Numbered from the stretch's first letter, positions 1 through 8,168 are shown. The stretch is DNA of 24,071 bases from an uncultured Candidatus Saccharibacteria bacterium (GCA_964429815.1 CAYSCM010000004.1:1-24071), one strand, 5' to 3'. The notes: generated by a model not told the origin, from the sequence alone. A program made the numbers and translations.

Positions 1-61
1 GACTCGAACCGAGGACCCACGCTTTACAAAAGCGTTGCTCTACCAACTGAGCTAAGGCGGC
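1..61 (-). tRNA. tRNA-Thr (anticodon TGT), 3' part truncated by window edge
   Basis: Reverse complement of 1-61 reads GCCGCCT-TA-GCTC-AGTTGGTA-GAGC-A-ACGCT-TTTGTAA-AGCGT-GGGTC-CTCGG-TTCGAGTC. This gives an acceptor 5' arm, D-arm, anticodon stem ACGCT/AGCGT with a 7-nt loop (U33 then TGT at 34-36), variable loop and T-arm GGTTCGAGTC. The 3' T-stem and acceptor lie outside the window. Confidence 0.8.
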
Positions 62-118
62 AGTAATGAACAAGGACCGGCGTCCCGGTCCTCATTGTAT
101 CGAGAGCCGAGGATTAGT

Positions 119-541
119 CTAAATCGTGCGTGTAGGACGCGGATTCGTTGCGGTCGCGAGAGAGCGCTTGTGTTCTGCAACCTCGCGCAGATAAAACGAA
201 GCGACGCCGCGGCGCTTGAGGTCCACCTTTCCATCGATGCGTTCCGCTAGCGCATGGAGGTCCCGCCGCACGGCGTTGCCAAAGTGCATAAGGGCCACCG
301 AGGTTCCCCGCAGCGTGTGCTCCAGCGCCGTGCGTATGGCGACCCGCACCCGCACCGGCACGTCGCGCCGCAGGTAGACAGAAAGATTCATCGCGCCCTC
401 ATCGAGACGCGCTCGTAACCCCGGCAGGAATATCATGCCGCGTTGCTCCTCCCATGCCTTAAATCCAATAAACGAAGCGATAGACGCCAGGGAAATCCCG
501 AAAAAGATGATTGAAGTCATAGAATTTAGTGAAAACGCCAC
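119..541 (-). CDS. hypothetical protein with N-terminal hydrophobic (membrane anchor/signal) segment. Track start at 541 is GTG; an ATG at 520 (MTSIIFFGISLASIASFIGF...) is more likely
   Basis: Minus-strand ORF with a hydrophobic N-terminus (IIFFGISLASIASFIGF). No recognisable family motif; codon usage matches the neighbours. Confidence 0.5.
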   Translation of the reverse strand: MAFSLNSMTSIIFFGISLASIASFIGFKAWEEQRGMIFLPGLRARLDEGAMNLSVYLRRDVPVRVRVAIRTALEHTLRGTSVALMHFGNAVRRDLHALAERIDGKVDLKRRGVASFYLREVAEHKRSLATATNPRPTRTI

Positions 542-639
542 ACAACCTCGCTGTAGGCGCCCCCATAGTGTAGCGCGGATGAAGCTTCGGCGCCACTACT
601 CACGATACTGGACCACGGACCCATAGGGGGGTCCTGAAG

Positions 640-1224
640 TTAGCCGCGTGTGGAAAATCGAGCCATTTTGACGACCTCGATACGCTCACCAAACTTCTGG
701 ACCGCGGCTTCAACGAGAGCCTTTATGGTCATACTTGAGTCGCGGATATAGTCCTGCTCGAGGAGAACCTGCTCCTTGAAGTAGGAGGCGAGCTTTCCTT
801 CCATGATTTTTTCGTGCATTGCTTCCGGTTTTCCTTTGAGTTCAGGGAGGAATGTCTCTCGCGCCTTTGCCCTTGAGGACTCATCGATATCCTCAACGCG
901 AATGAAGGTCGGATTGGTCGCGGCAACTTGCTGAGCTATCTGATAGGCAAGCGCAACGAACGCTTCGTTTTTAGCGACGAAATCGGTCTCGGAGGAAAGG
1001 AGCACCATCGCGCCCACCTGGCCGCCGTGAATGTAGGAGGATACGACCCCGGCACCGAGTGCACGGTCGGCTTTTTTGGCGACAGCCTCAGCACCGCGTT
1101 TCTTGAGCAAGATAATAGCCTTTTCCATATCACCGCCAGCCTCTTCGAGGGCTTTGCGGCACTGCATAATGGAAACGCCAGTCTTGTCGCGAAGTTCTTT
1201 GACTTGCTCAGTTGTGATAGCCAT
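640..1224 (-). CDS. tsf: elongation factor Ts (short ~194 aa form)
   Basis: N-terminal UBA-like EF-Ts signature (ITTEQVKELRDKTGVSIMQCRKALEEAGGDMEKAI) followed by the dimerisation core. Sits directly downstream of rpsB in the classic rpsB-tsf pair. Confidence 0.95.
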   Translation of the reverse strand: MAITTEQVKELRDKTGVSIMQCRKALEEAGGDMEKAIILLKKRGAEAVAKKADRALGAGVVSSYIHGGQVGAMVLLSSETDFVAKNEAFVALAYQIAQQVAATNPTFIRVEDIDESSRAKARETFLPELKGKPEAMHEKIMEGKLASYFKEQVLLEQDYIRDSSMTIKALVEAAVQKFGERIEVVKMARFSTRG

Positions 1225-1254
1225 ATGAAAAATTACTCTACCACGAGCAGGAGT

Positions 1255-1971
1255 TTACGCCTTGTGGGTTTTTTGTCCCTCTTTGTATGCAGCGACGATC
1301 TCCTCAACGAAGAATTTAATGGAGAGTGCCGTAGCATCATTGGCGACGATCGGGTAGTCGATGTCGCTCGCATCGCAATCGGAGTTCATGAGCGCAATGA
1401 TCGGAATGCGGGCATCACGTGCTTCTTTTACCGCAATGTGCTCTTTCTTAGGGTCTATGACGAAGAGCGCGGCAGGAAGCTCTGCGAGAGAGACGAGGCC
1501 CGCGAAGTTTGCCTCGAGGCGCTCTATCTCGCGGTCTATCATAAGAAGCTCCTTCTTGATGTACTTTTTGGCGAGCGCACCGCTTGCGCGGTCTGCCTTG
1601 AGCTCTTCAAGTCGGTTCATGCGCTTGCGCATTTGCGGGAAATTACTGATGGTGCCGCCGATCCAACGTGCCGAAGCGTAGGGCATGCCGATGGCCTTGG
1701 CTCCCGAGACGACAGCGTCATGGGCCTCATTTTTGCCGCCAACAAAAAGGACCTTGCGGCCAGTCGTGGCAAGCGTCGAAACATATTCCTTGGCGAGGAG
1801 GAGGAGGTCGCTGGTCTTTTCGAGGTCGAAGATTTCAACCTTGTTTTTAGCCCCAAAAATGTAGGGTTTCGTGGAGGGGTGGCGGCGGCTCTTACTATAG
1901 CCAAAATGAGCGCCGATCGTGAACATGCGCTCAATGAGTTTTTCTTTATTTGGCGACGTAGCGGTCGTCAT
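1255..1971 (-). CDS. rpsB: 30S ribosomal protein S2. True start is the internal ATG at 1969-1971 (MTTATSPNKEK...); the longer 388-aa track ORF is an upstream Arg-rich artefact
   Basis: Typical S2 core (ERMFTIGAHFGYSKSRRHPSTKPYIFGAKNKVEIFDLEKT ... VIDPKKEHIAVKEARDARIPIIALMNSDCD). The upstream part of the track ORF overlaps a terminator hairpin and another gene. Confidence 0.95.
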   Translation of the reverse strand: MTTATSPNKEKLIERMFTIGAHFGYSKSRRHPSTKPYIFGAKNKVEIFDLEKTSDLLLLAKEYVSTLATTGRKVLFVGGKNEAHDAVVSGAKAIGMPYASARWIGGTISNFPQMRKRMNRLEELKADRASGALAKKYIKKELLMIDREIERLEANFAGLVSLAELPAALFVIDPKKEHIAVKEARDARIPIIALMNSDCDASDIDYPIVANDATALSIKFFVEEIVAAYKEGQKTHKA

Positions 1972-1979
1972 GAGGACAC

Positions 1980-2008
1980 ACTGTACCAGAGGAAATGCTG
2001 CTCTGCAA
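1980..2008 (-). promoter_or_regulatory. candidate sigma70-type promoter for rpsB-tsf (-35 TTGCAG at 2003-2008, 17-nt spacer, -10 TACAGT at 1980-1985). The TSS would fall about 2 nt before the ATG (leaderless-like)
   Basis: Read directly from the minus strand: TTGCAGAGCAGCATTTCCTCTGGTACAGTGTGTCCTCATG. No Shine-Dalgarno is present. Confidence 0.3.
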
Positions 2009-2045
2009 CAAAAGAGAAGCCCCGTCCGCGCATGCGCGGACGGGG
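2005..2045 (-). terminator. rho-independent terminator of the 2064-2681 gene (perfect 26-nt palindrome CCCCGTCCGCGCATGCGCGGACGGGG followed by CTTCTCTTTTGTT on the minus strand)
   Basis: Perfect GC-rich inverted repeat 2020-2045 with a T-rich tract immediately 3' on the minus strand. Confidence 0.75.
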
Positions 2046-2063
2046 TACATAAGATAGAAAGAG

Positions 2064-2681
2064 CTACTTGCGGACCGCGGCGAAGCGGTGGTAGACGTAC
2101 CAGCCGTACTCGATCCAGTCGAGGTACGCGAACCGCTTGTCGCCGTTCTCGTAGAGGCAGACCACGTCGTCGTAGCCGACGCGGCGGCGCCATTGCTGGC
2201 CGAGCGCGACAATGGGGAATCTGCGCTGCATCTGCGGATACTTGGCCCCGAAGGCGAGGAGTTCGGCCGCGTTCGCAGGGCGCATCCCCTGCTTGTCGAG
2301 CTTCGCGAGCGCCTTCTTGGTCGAGAGGTTGCGGTTGAGGTGGACGAGTTCGATGTTCATGGATTCGTCTCCCTCCCGCTCCTGCGGGAAGTGCGCGTCC
2401 GTGATGTCGTCGTTCGTCCAATCGTACTTGCCCGCCGCGAGCAACTCCTTGATCGTCGCATTGCCCTTGTAAGGCACGGCGACGGGGTAGGAGTCAGTGG
2501 CGGGGGCGGCCGGCGGCCGAAGCGCATTGAGAAACGTCTTCTGCAATGTCTCTCCGTTGTGTGTCCAATTCTTGCACAGCTCCGCTCCGAGCTCGTCAGC
2601 GATGAGCCCGAGGGCTTTAACTCCAGCGGCGAGGAAATTCGCCCGCTGGCCTGCGGATAGGGTGGTTCCATGGTTTGACAT
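2064..2681 (-). CDS. hypothetical protein (205 aa, no recognised domain), monocistronic between a consensus promoter and its own terminator
   Basis: Clean ORF with ATG at 2679-2681 preceded by AAGGGAA (SD-like). C-terminal aromatic-rich segment (YDDVVCLYENGDKRFAYLDWIEYGWYVYHRF). I could not assign a family. Confidence 0.7.
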   Translation of the reverse strand: MSNHGTTLSAGQRANFLAAGVKALGLIADELGAELCKNWTHNGETLQKTFLNALRPPAAPATDSYPVAVPYKGNATIKELLAAGKYDWTNDDITDAHFPQEREGDESMNIELVHLNRNLSTKKALAKLDKQGMRPANAAELLAFGAKYPQMQRRFPIVALGQQWRRRVGYDDVVCLYENGDKRFAYLDWIEYGWYVYHRFAAVRK

Positions 2682-2735
2682 GGGGGTTCCCTTTCGACGC
2701 TCGAGAATGGCGCAGTGCCACTCTTTCTGGGGAAA

Positions 2736-2764
2736 ATTATACTCTTAAAATAAGAATAAGTCAA
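2736..2764 (-). promoter_or_regulatory. consensus sigma70 promoter (-35 TTGACT at 2759-2764, 17-nt spacer, -10 TATAAT at 2736-2741) driving the 2064-2681 gene
   Basis: Minus strand reads TTGACTTATTCTTATTTTAAGAGTATAATTTTCC. The -35 abuts/overlaps the 42-bp palindrome. Confidence 0.7.
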
Positions 2765-2805
2765 TATACCCCTTCTTAATCCTATAGGATTAAGAAGGGG
2801 TATAT
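2764..2805. repeat. perfect 42-bp AT-rich palindrome (ATATACCCCTTCTTAATCCTATAGGATTAAGAAGGGGTATAT): likely prfA terminator and/or operator overlapping the -35
   Basis: Checked base by base: 2764-2784 is the exact reverse complement of 2785-2805. It lies 60 nt after the prfA stop and directly upstream of the consensus promoter. Confidence 0.8.
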
Positions 2806-2865
2806 GCTGTCTGTGTCTAGGCCGCTCTCTGCGCCCACTGGATACAGCGTTTAGAATTTTTTGTT

Positions 2866-3834
2866 TTATTCTACGGCTGACGCGGGCAAAACTTCCCTAT
2901 TCTCAAAGGAGGTCAGTATCCGGTCTAAATCTCCCGCTAAAATACCGGGGAGGTTGTGCCAACTTTCCTTAATGCGGTGGTCGGTAACGCGGTCTTGGAG
3001 CACGTTGTAGGTGCGGATTTTTTCGGAGCGGTCGCCGGTACCGATCTGCTCCGCGCGAGCGCCGTGGAACTTCTTCATTTCCTCCTCTTCGGCGCGCGCT
3101 TCAAGCTGCGCGTAGAGCATTTGCATCGCCTTTTCGCGATTTTGCGCCTGGCTTCGTTCGCTCGTGCAACGCACCGCAATGCCGGAGGGCTTGTGTATGA
3201 GGCGCACCGCGGTTTCCACCTTGTTGACGTTCTGCCCTCCTGCTCCGCCCGAGCGGCTAAATTCCATTTCAATGTCTGCGGGGTTGATTTCAACCTTGTG
3301 CTTCTTGCGGATAGGCAAAATCGCAACCGAAGCGGTCGAGGTGTGTACGCGGCCGCTCTTTTCTGTCTCAGGAATACGCTGTATGCGATGCACCCCAGTT
3401 TCAAAACGCAACTTTTTGTAAACATTCTTCCCTTTTATTTCAAATGATGCCTCCTTGTAGCCTTTAAGATCGGAAGCAGATTCATCGAGCACGCGCACGC
3501 TCCAATTTTGCGCCTTGGCATACGCGCGATACATGTCGGCAAGCTCATGGGCAAAAATGGACGCCTCTTCTCCCCCCACCCCAGCGCGCACTTCGAGAAG
3601 AATTTCGTTTGGAAATTGCTCTTCTTGCTTTTCGGCCGCAAGAATTTCATCCATTTGCGCCTTCACTCCCGAAAGCTGCTCATCAAGACCGCGTACCTCT
3701 TCCTCAGCAAGCGTTTTAAGCGTCGCATCTTTATGAGCCATGCGGAAAACCTCCTCCTTTTGTTCGAGAAGCCCTTCATACTGAGACGCTAAAAAGGCCG
3801 TCTTTTGATTTTCTTTGTAGGGTGTGAGGTCCAT
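2866..3834 (-). CDS. prfA: peptide chain release factor 1 (short 322-aa form)
   Basis: GGQ motif ([26 protein letters not shown]) and an RF1-type PxT anticodon motif ([22 protein letters not shown]). Confidence 0.93.
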   Translation of the reverse strand: MDLTPYKENQKTAFLASQYEGLLEQKEEVFRMAHKDATLKTLAEEEVRGLDEQLSGVKAQMDEILAAEKQEEQFPNEILLEVRAGVGGEEASIFAHELADMYRAYAKAQNWSVRVLDESASDLKGYKEASFEIKGKNVYKKLRFETGVHRIQRIPETEKSGRVHTSTASVAILPIRKKHKVEINPADIEMEFSRSGGAGGQNVNKVETAVRLIHKPSGIAVRCTSERSQAQNREKAMQMLYAQLEARAEEEEMKKFHGARAEQIGTGDRSEKIRTYNVLQDRVTDHRIKESWHNLPGILAGDLDRILTSFENREVLPASAVE

Positions 3835-3884
3835 AAAAGTAGCACGAAGCGCCCGCAGGAACTGCGGGCGCTTCCGGAGCGTCG

Positions 3885-4124
3885 TTATTCACCCTTGCCG
3901 GCCTTCTTTTCCTTGTGAGCCTTGGCAGCGGCAGTGCGAGCCTTAAAGCGCTCAACGCGACCGGCGGTGTCGATGATTTTCTCGGCGCCAGTATAGAACG
4001 GGTGGCACGCGCGACAGACTTCGACGTGGAGCTTCTCCCTCGTCGAACCAACAGTGTAGGTAGCGCCACACGCGCAGGTGATAGTGGCGTTATCGAAATA
4101 TTTTGGGTGAATGTCTGCCTTCAT
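3885..4124 (-). CDS. rpmE: 50S ribosomal protein L31 (zinc-ribbon type A)
   Basis: MKADIHPKY...CACG...[10 protein letters not shown]: canonical L31 with a CxxC...CxxC zinc ribbon. Confidence 0.93.
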   Translation of the reverse strand: MKADIHPKYFDNATITCACGATYTVGSTREKLHVEVCRACHPFYTGAEKIIDTAGRVERFKARTAAAKAHKEKKAGKGE

Positions 4125-4168
4125 AGCGATGAGACGATAGCAGGAAAATCGGGATTTGTAAAGAAAGG

Positions 4169-4194
4169 CGCCGTCGCCTCAAGGCGACGGCGCG
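4169..4194 (-). terminator. rho-independent terminator overlapping the 3' end of the 4179-4838 gene (stem GCGCCGTCGCC/GGCGACGGCGC, loop TCAA, then CTTTCTTT on the minus strand)
   Basis: 11-bp GC stem plus T tract read on the minus strand. It separates the hypothetical gene from rpmE. Confidence 0.65.
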
Positions 4195-4838
4195 GGCGTC
4201 CTTCTCACCAAGGAGATCTCGAGCTCCTGTCGGGAAAGCACCGACCTCCTATTTTTACGTCCAAAGATCTGCCCGAGAGTGGGCACGACAACTGCCCTCT
4301 CTTGCCGGGTTTCTAGGAACCGCCGTCCATACGTGCGCTCGTACTCGCCAATCCATCGACGTGCGAATTTCCAGCGCTCAAGGACCAGGTCGCGCAACGA
4401 TTCGTGCACTGAAGGAACGAGTTCGCCGAGCGGTCGTCCGGACGCTGCAACGAATACCTCGATGTAGCGTGCTAACACCGCCCATTCGTACTGACGGATT
4501 TCTTCCTCGTCATCCTCTTCGAAAAAAGTACAACCCTCGGGAAGCAAGAAACCGCCAAGAATTCCAACGCCATCGAGCATATTGGCCCATGCCACGATAA
4601 AACCGGGGTTCCCGAGCGATTGGTTGAGGAATTGCCGCAACGCGTACGAGAGCGGCTCTTCGACACCTCGAGACATAAGCAAAAACATATCTATTTCGAA
4701 ATATTCTTTGCTTTCCTTGAGCAGATTAAAGCGCTCGCGATAACTGAGGCACTCGATGTGACGCTCGCAGAAGCATGCCGCGATAAACGCCTCGAATACC
4801 TCATGAAAGCGTCGTTTTAGCTCCTCGTTCTCGGCCAT
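4179..4838 (-). CDS. hypothetical cytoplasmic protein. Likely start is the ATG at 4836-4838 (MAENEELKRR...) preceded by GGGAG; the track start at 4871 is 11 codons upstream
   Basis: ORF with an SD (GGGAGTTTGAAATGG). The 5' half is noticeably AT-richer than the surrounding genes. No recognised motif. Confidence 0.6.
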   Translation of the reverse strand: MAENEELKRRFHEVFEAFIAACFCERHIECLSYRERFNLLKESKEYFEIDMFLLMSRGVEEPLSYALRQFLNQSLGNPGFIVAWANMLDGVGILGGFLLPEGCTFFEEDDEEEIRQYEWAVLARYIEVFVAASGRPLGELVPSVHESLRDLVLERWKFARRWIGEYERTYGRRFLETRQERAVVVPTLGQIFGRKNRRSVLSRQELEISLVRRTPAPSP

Positions 4839-4939
4839 TTCAAACTCCCATGATGGGTTCTCTAAAAGCAAAACTGCTAAAAATGCGATAGGTTACTGCA
4901 GATGTCATTTGTCGTGAGGACTTCTTTGGAAAATTAAAA

Positions 4940-4964
4940 GGCCGGCTTCTGCAGAAAGCCGGCC
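4940..4964 (-). terminator. rho-independent terminator of the lytic transglycosylase gene (GGCCGGCTT-ctgcag-AAGCCGGCC, then TTTTAATTTTCC on the minus strand)
   Basis: 9-bp GC-rich stem followed by a T tract, about 140 nt downstream of the stop at 5104. Confidence 0.7.
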
Positions 4965-5103
4965 CTGTCCTCGTCTTACTCTGATACTTCACACGTTTCG
5001 ATTCGCGGTTTCGGCGACTCAGATACACACCGGCTCAAGGCCTTGGAGGCCCATTAATAACGCCGGGTTCTGTTTAAGAATAAAGCAAATTTGAAAGGGT
5101 TTG

Positions 5104-6489
5104 TCAATTCCTTGCCAAGACATCGATTTGGCTTTGGAAGTTGCTCGCGAGCTCCATCACTTCGTTGCCGTAAAAGGCGTACGCGGACTTCCCTGCGTTA
5201 GCCCACCCCGCAAGGTAGCGAAGTGCCGCGAGACGCTCCGCTTGTGGTGTTCCCGCAGAGGCTCCGTTATCCGAGAGAAGTGCCGCGGCTGCCATAAACG
5301 CATCCTCGTTGTCCCAGGGATTACTAGCCCCGCTGCCGCCGGTTAATTTTCTGATGCGATCACGACCCGCGTCATAAGCCCAGGGGCCGACCCACGTCTT
5401 ATTTGGATTGGGGCCGCACACGCCGGTCGTCGTATTGTAAAAACCGCCGAAACACGCCCAGGTGGAGGGGATAAACTGCGCCGGGCCCATGGCTCCGCCC
5501 CAGCCGTACCACGCACGCTTAGAAACCGGCATCTGATTTGGATCAAGGCCAAGCTGCGCCGTTATGGCGAGGAAGAGCGGCTTATCGCGGGTCGGGTTCA
5601 TATCGACGCTCCAGCTTCCCGTGCCGATGTTCTCGCCGAGATTGGTCTCTTCCGCCAAGACGCCCAGGAGAAACGCGGGGCGGACGCCGGTCTTCTGGTA
5701 GGCGAGATTCGCGAGGTCGAGCGCTTTGCCGAAGGGTATCGCCGCCGAATCGCGCAGCGTAAAGAGCTCGGAGCGTATTTGGGCGGCGCTTTTTTGGCTG
5801 CTTGTGAGAAGCGCTTGGTAGGCCGCCTCCTGACCTTTGGTTTGCGAGAGTATTTGCTTGCGCTCCTGCTCTTGCGCGACGATTTTCTGCTGTTCGAGCA
5901 CTTGGATCTGACGCAATTCCAGTTGCTCGGCTTTTTTATCCTCGAGCGCGGCTTTCTGGGTCTCGGTGAGATTCTTCGTGTCAGCGATATCCGAAAAAGA
6001 GGTATGGAGCGCTCCCTTGATGGAGTCGAAGCGGTCTATGTCGGTGAAAATATCGGAGAGCGTCCCGCTTCCCAAGAGAAGCTCCGCGAGTGAGTAGTCG
6101 TCTATCTGGCTTTGCTGCCGCACGAGCTGCGCGAGAGACTCTTTTTCGCGCCCGAGCTTATCGTTGAGACCGCCTATCGTCGCCTGCTTGCTTTCGATAT
6201 CGCCCTGAAGCTCTTCGATCGTAAGGTCGCGTGCTTTGATGGCGAGTTTTGCAGAGTCTATTTTGGCATCGAGAATGGCGACGTCGCGCTCGAGCGAAAC
6301 GCGCTCCTGCGATTTTGCGTCGAGAAGTTTTTGCTGATCGGCTATCTGCCCCTCAAGCTGCGCGAGCTGCTGCTCGAGCTGTGCGCGACGATTCTGTACA
6401 TCCACGCTTCCCGTTTCCTGCGCGAAGAGATGCGGCGGGAGGGCGAGAGCGCCCGCGAGCACCGCCACAGCAAGGAGCCGCTTGTGCAT
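5104..6489 (-). CDS. secreted lytic murein transglycosylase (MltB/SLT family 3-like C-terminal domain) with a long N-terminal coiled-coil region. Likely start is the ATG at 6487-6489 (MHKRLLAVAVLAGALA...); the track used a GTG two codons upstream
   Basis: Signal peptide, then about 250 aa rich in Q/E/L/K heptad-like repeats. C-terminal motifs AWYGWGGAMGPAQFIPSTW and YAFYGNE are typical of MltB-like transglycosylases. A TATACT box lies 7 nt upstream of the ATG. Confidence 0.75.
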   Translation of the reverse strand: MHKRLLAVAVLAGALALPPHLFAQETGSVDVQNRRAQLEQQLAQLEGQIADQQKLLDAKSQERVSLERDVAILDAKIDSAKLAIKARDLTIEELQGDIESKQATIGGLNDKLGREKESLAQLVRQQSQIDDYSLAELLLGSGTLSDIFTDIDRFDSIKGALHTSFSDIADTKNLTETQKAALEDKKAEQLELRQIQVLEQQKIVAQEQERKQILSQTKGQEAAYQALLTSSQKSAAQIRSELFTLRDSAAIPFGKALDLANLAYQKTGVRPAFLLGVLAEETNLGENIGTGSWSVDMNPTRDKPLFLAITAQLGLDPNQMPVSKRAWYGWGGAMGPAQFIPSTWACFGGFYNTTTGVCGPNPNKTWVGPWAYDAGRDRIRKLTGGSGASNPWDNEDAFMAAAALLSDNGASAGTPQAERLAALRYLAGWANAGKSAYAFYGNEVMELASNFQSQIDVLARN

Positions 6490-6537
6490 GTCCACAAGTA
6501 TAGCAGACGTGCTCGCGGGCTTTCGCTTCCCGTGCGC

Positions 6538-6563
6538 AAAAATCCGCCTTTCGGCGGATTTTT
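6538..6563 (-). terminator. rho-independent terminator of rplY (AAAAATCCGCC-tttc-GGCGGATTTTT), overlapping the TAA stop
   Basis: Perfect 11-bp inverted repeat with a TTTC loop and flanking A/T runs. Could act in both directions. Confidence 0.8.
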
Positions 6564-7233
6564 ATTTCTTCTGTTCTTTTGTCGGAGCTTCGGCGGCAGC
6601 TCCCTCTTCTCCTTCTTTGACTTCTTTTCCTTTTTTCTCCACTTCGATGGCAGATAGGTCAATGGGCTGCGGCTCCTCCTCCACTTCCTCTTTCACCTCG
6701 GCGGCAAGCACCACGACGTCGTCAGGATTACCGACGGCCTCGACACCCGCGGGAAGTTTAAGGTCTTTGATGTGGATTTTCGCGTCAAAGGTCGCGAGTG
6801 CAGAGATGTCGACCTCGATAACGTGCGGGAGATTTTGCGGCAGAGCGGAGATCTCAAGCTCATGGAGCACTTTCACAAGCGTGCCACCGAGGTCTTTCAC
6901 CGCACCGGCAACGCCCACGAACTCAAGCGGCACTTTGACCTCGAGCTTCTTTCCCTTCTCGATGACATAAAAATCGGCGTGCCTCGGCTCTCCCGTAAGG
7001 GTATCGAACTGCACGTCGTAAATGAGGGCGTCCTTGCTATCGCCGATGCCGGAGAGTGTGATGATGGTGGACTCACCCGCGCTTTTAAGCACCTTCTTGA
7101 AATCGCGGCGATTGACCGCGATCGGTGTCGAAGCATCCTGGTGACCATAGAAAACGGCCGGCATATCGCCTCCCGTGAGGGCGTTCGCCTTTTTGCCAAG
7201 CTCAGTGCGGGTTTTGACCTTTAGCTCAACCAT
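6562..7233 (-). CDS. rplY: 50S ribosomal protein L25 / general stress protein Ctc form with an acidic-lysine-rich C-terminal tail. Likely start is the ATG at 7231-7233 (MVELKVKTRTELGK...); the track start is a TTG at 7260
   Basis: L25/Ctc N-terminal domain (ELKVKTRTELGKKANALTGGDMPAVFYG) and beta-barrel C-domain. A TATACT box lies 8 nt upstream of ATG 7233. Confidence 0.88.
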   Translation of the reverse strand: MVELKVKTRTELGKKANALTGGDMPAVFYGHQDASTPIAVNRRDFKKVLKSAGESTIITLSGIGDSKDALIYDVQFDTLTGEPRHADFYVIEKGKKLEVKVPLEFVGVAGAVKDLGGTLVKVLHELEISALPQNLPHVIEVDISALATFDAKIHIKDLKLPAGVEAVGNPDDVVVLAAEVKEEVEEEPQPIDLSAIEVEKKGKEVKEGEEGAAAEAPTKEQKK

Positions 7234-7277
7234 GGGCTCGTAGTATACCCTGGAGGACAAAAAAGTCTAGGGTTCTT

Positions 7278-8144
7278 CTAGAGGCCGTTGAAGAGTTTGA
7301 GGCGCTCGGAGACGACTTTGGAGACGGCCTGGACTGCACCCTTCATAAATTTATAGGGAGCTATCTCTTCCGGGTCCTCAGAGAGTGAAAGTTGGATGCC
7401 TTTGCGGTATGCGATGCGGATTTCGGTGTTGATATGAACGACGGAAATGCCAGCCCTAATTGAAGCGACGAAGTCTTCGTTGCTCGTGCCGGAGCCGCCA
7501 TGGAGCACGAGCGGCACGCCTGCGGCGTCGCGTATCTCTTTAACGCGCTTGATGTTGAGCGCAGGTTCTTTCCCTGACTTAAGCATCCCGTGGAGATTCC
7601 CCACCGCGGGAGCAAGAAGATCAATGCCAGTTTCTTTGACGAACCGCGCAGCTTCCTCCGGCTTGGTGAGCGTCTCTTCGGTTATCTGCGCGCCTTCTGG
7701 TATGGCGTCGAGCAGTTTACTACTCGTGCCGATGAAGCCCAACTCCCCTTCAATGAGCATGCCAGGGCGATTTTTTCTTGCGTACTCAACGACCCTTCTG
7801 GTCATCGCGACGTTGCCGTCGAAGCTTTCTTTCGTGCCGTCGATGATTACGGCGTCGTAACCCGCATCAATGGCCTCAAAGGAGCGCTCTGCCGAGTAGG
7901 TATGGTCGGCATTTATGAAAATGGGGTAGTCGTGCTCCTCCCGCAGGCTCCGTACCATCGCGACGGCCTGCCGCGCCCCTATGAAGTCGCGCTCACCCTC
8001 GGAGGTGCCGACGATGACCGGGAGCTTAAGAGAGCGTGCGGCGTTAAAGATGGCGCAAAGCTGCTCGGAGTCGGAGATGTTGAAATGCCCCACCGCTATC
8101 TTATTTTTTTCGGCGTCCGCGATGAGCGTGCGCAAATCTTTCAT
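7278..8144 (-). CDS. fba: fructose-1,6-bisphosphate aldolase, class II
   Basis: Class II FBA motifs (VGHFNISDSEQL, PVIVGTSEG, HGGSGTSNEDF, LHGMLKSG). An extended -10 (TGTTATACT) sits 7 nt upstream of the ATG. Confidence 0.93.
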   Translation of the reverse strand: MKDLRTLIADAEKNKIAVGHFNISDSEQLCAIFNAARSLKLPVIVGTSEGERDFIGARQAVAMVRSLREEHDYPIFINADHTYSAERSFEAIDAGYDAVIIDGTKESFDGNVAMTRRVVEYARKNRPGMLIEGELGFIGTSSKLLDAIPEGAQITEETLTKPEEAARFVKETGIDLLAPAVGNLHGMLKSGKEPALNIKRVKEIRDAAGVPLVLHGGSGTSNEDFVASIRAGISVVHINTEIRIAYRKGIQLSLSEDPEEIAPYKFMKGAVQAVSKVVSERLKLFNGL

Positions 8145-8168
8145 GAGATTCAGTATAACAAGACTAAA

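Noticed and set aside
542-639. Possible tRNA-like or structured RNA in the spacer between tsf and the 119-541 gene (G5/C5 inverted ends, GAAGCTTC palindrome)
   Set aside because: I could not fold it into a cloverleaf or any convincing extended stem. The apparent inverted repeat fails after 5 bp.
928-2052. 374-aa plus-strand ORF antisense to tsf/rpsB
   Set aside because: Antisense to two strongly recognisable ribosomal/translation genes. No motifs, and composition typical of a GC-rich shadow ORF.
1255-2421. Long 388-aa version of rpsB ORF
   Set aside because: The N-terminal 150 codons are Arg/Pro-rich, run through a terminator hairpin and another gene. The conserved S2 sequence begins at the internal ATG at 1971.
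2088-2660. 190-aa plus-strand ORF opposite the 2064-2681 gene
   Set aside because: Shadow ORF with a repetitive Val/Arg/Glu composition. The minus-strand gene has a promoter, SD-like sequence and terminator.
4965-5103. Candidate small RNA in the 140-nt 3' UTR of the transglycosylase gene (contains CAAGGCCTTG palindrome)
   Set aside because: Only short, weak palindromes and no terminator of its own. There is insufficient evidence from sequence alone.
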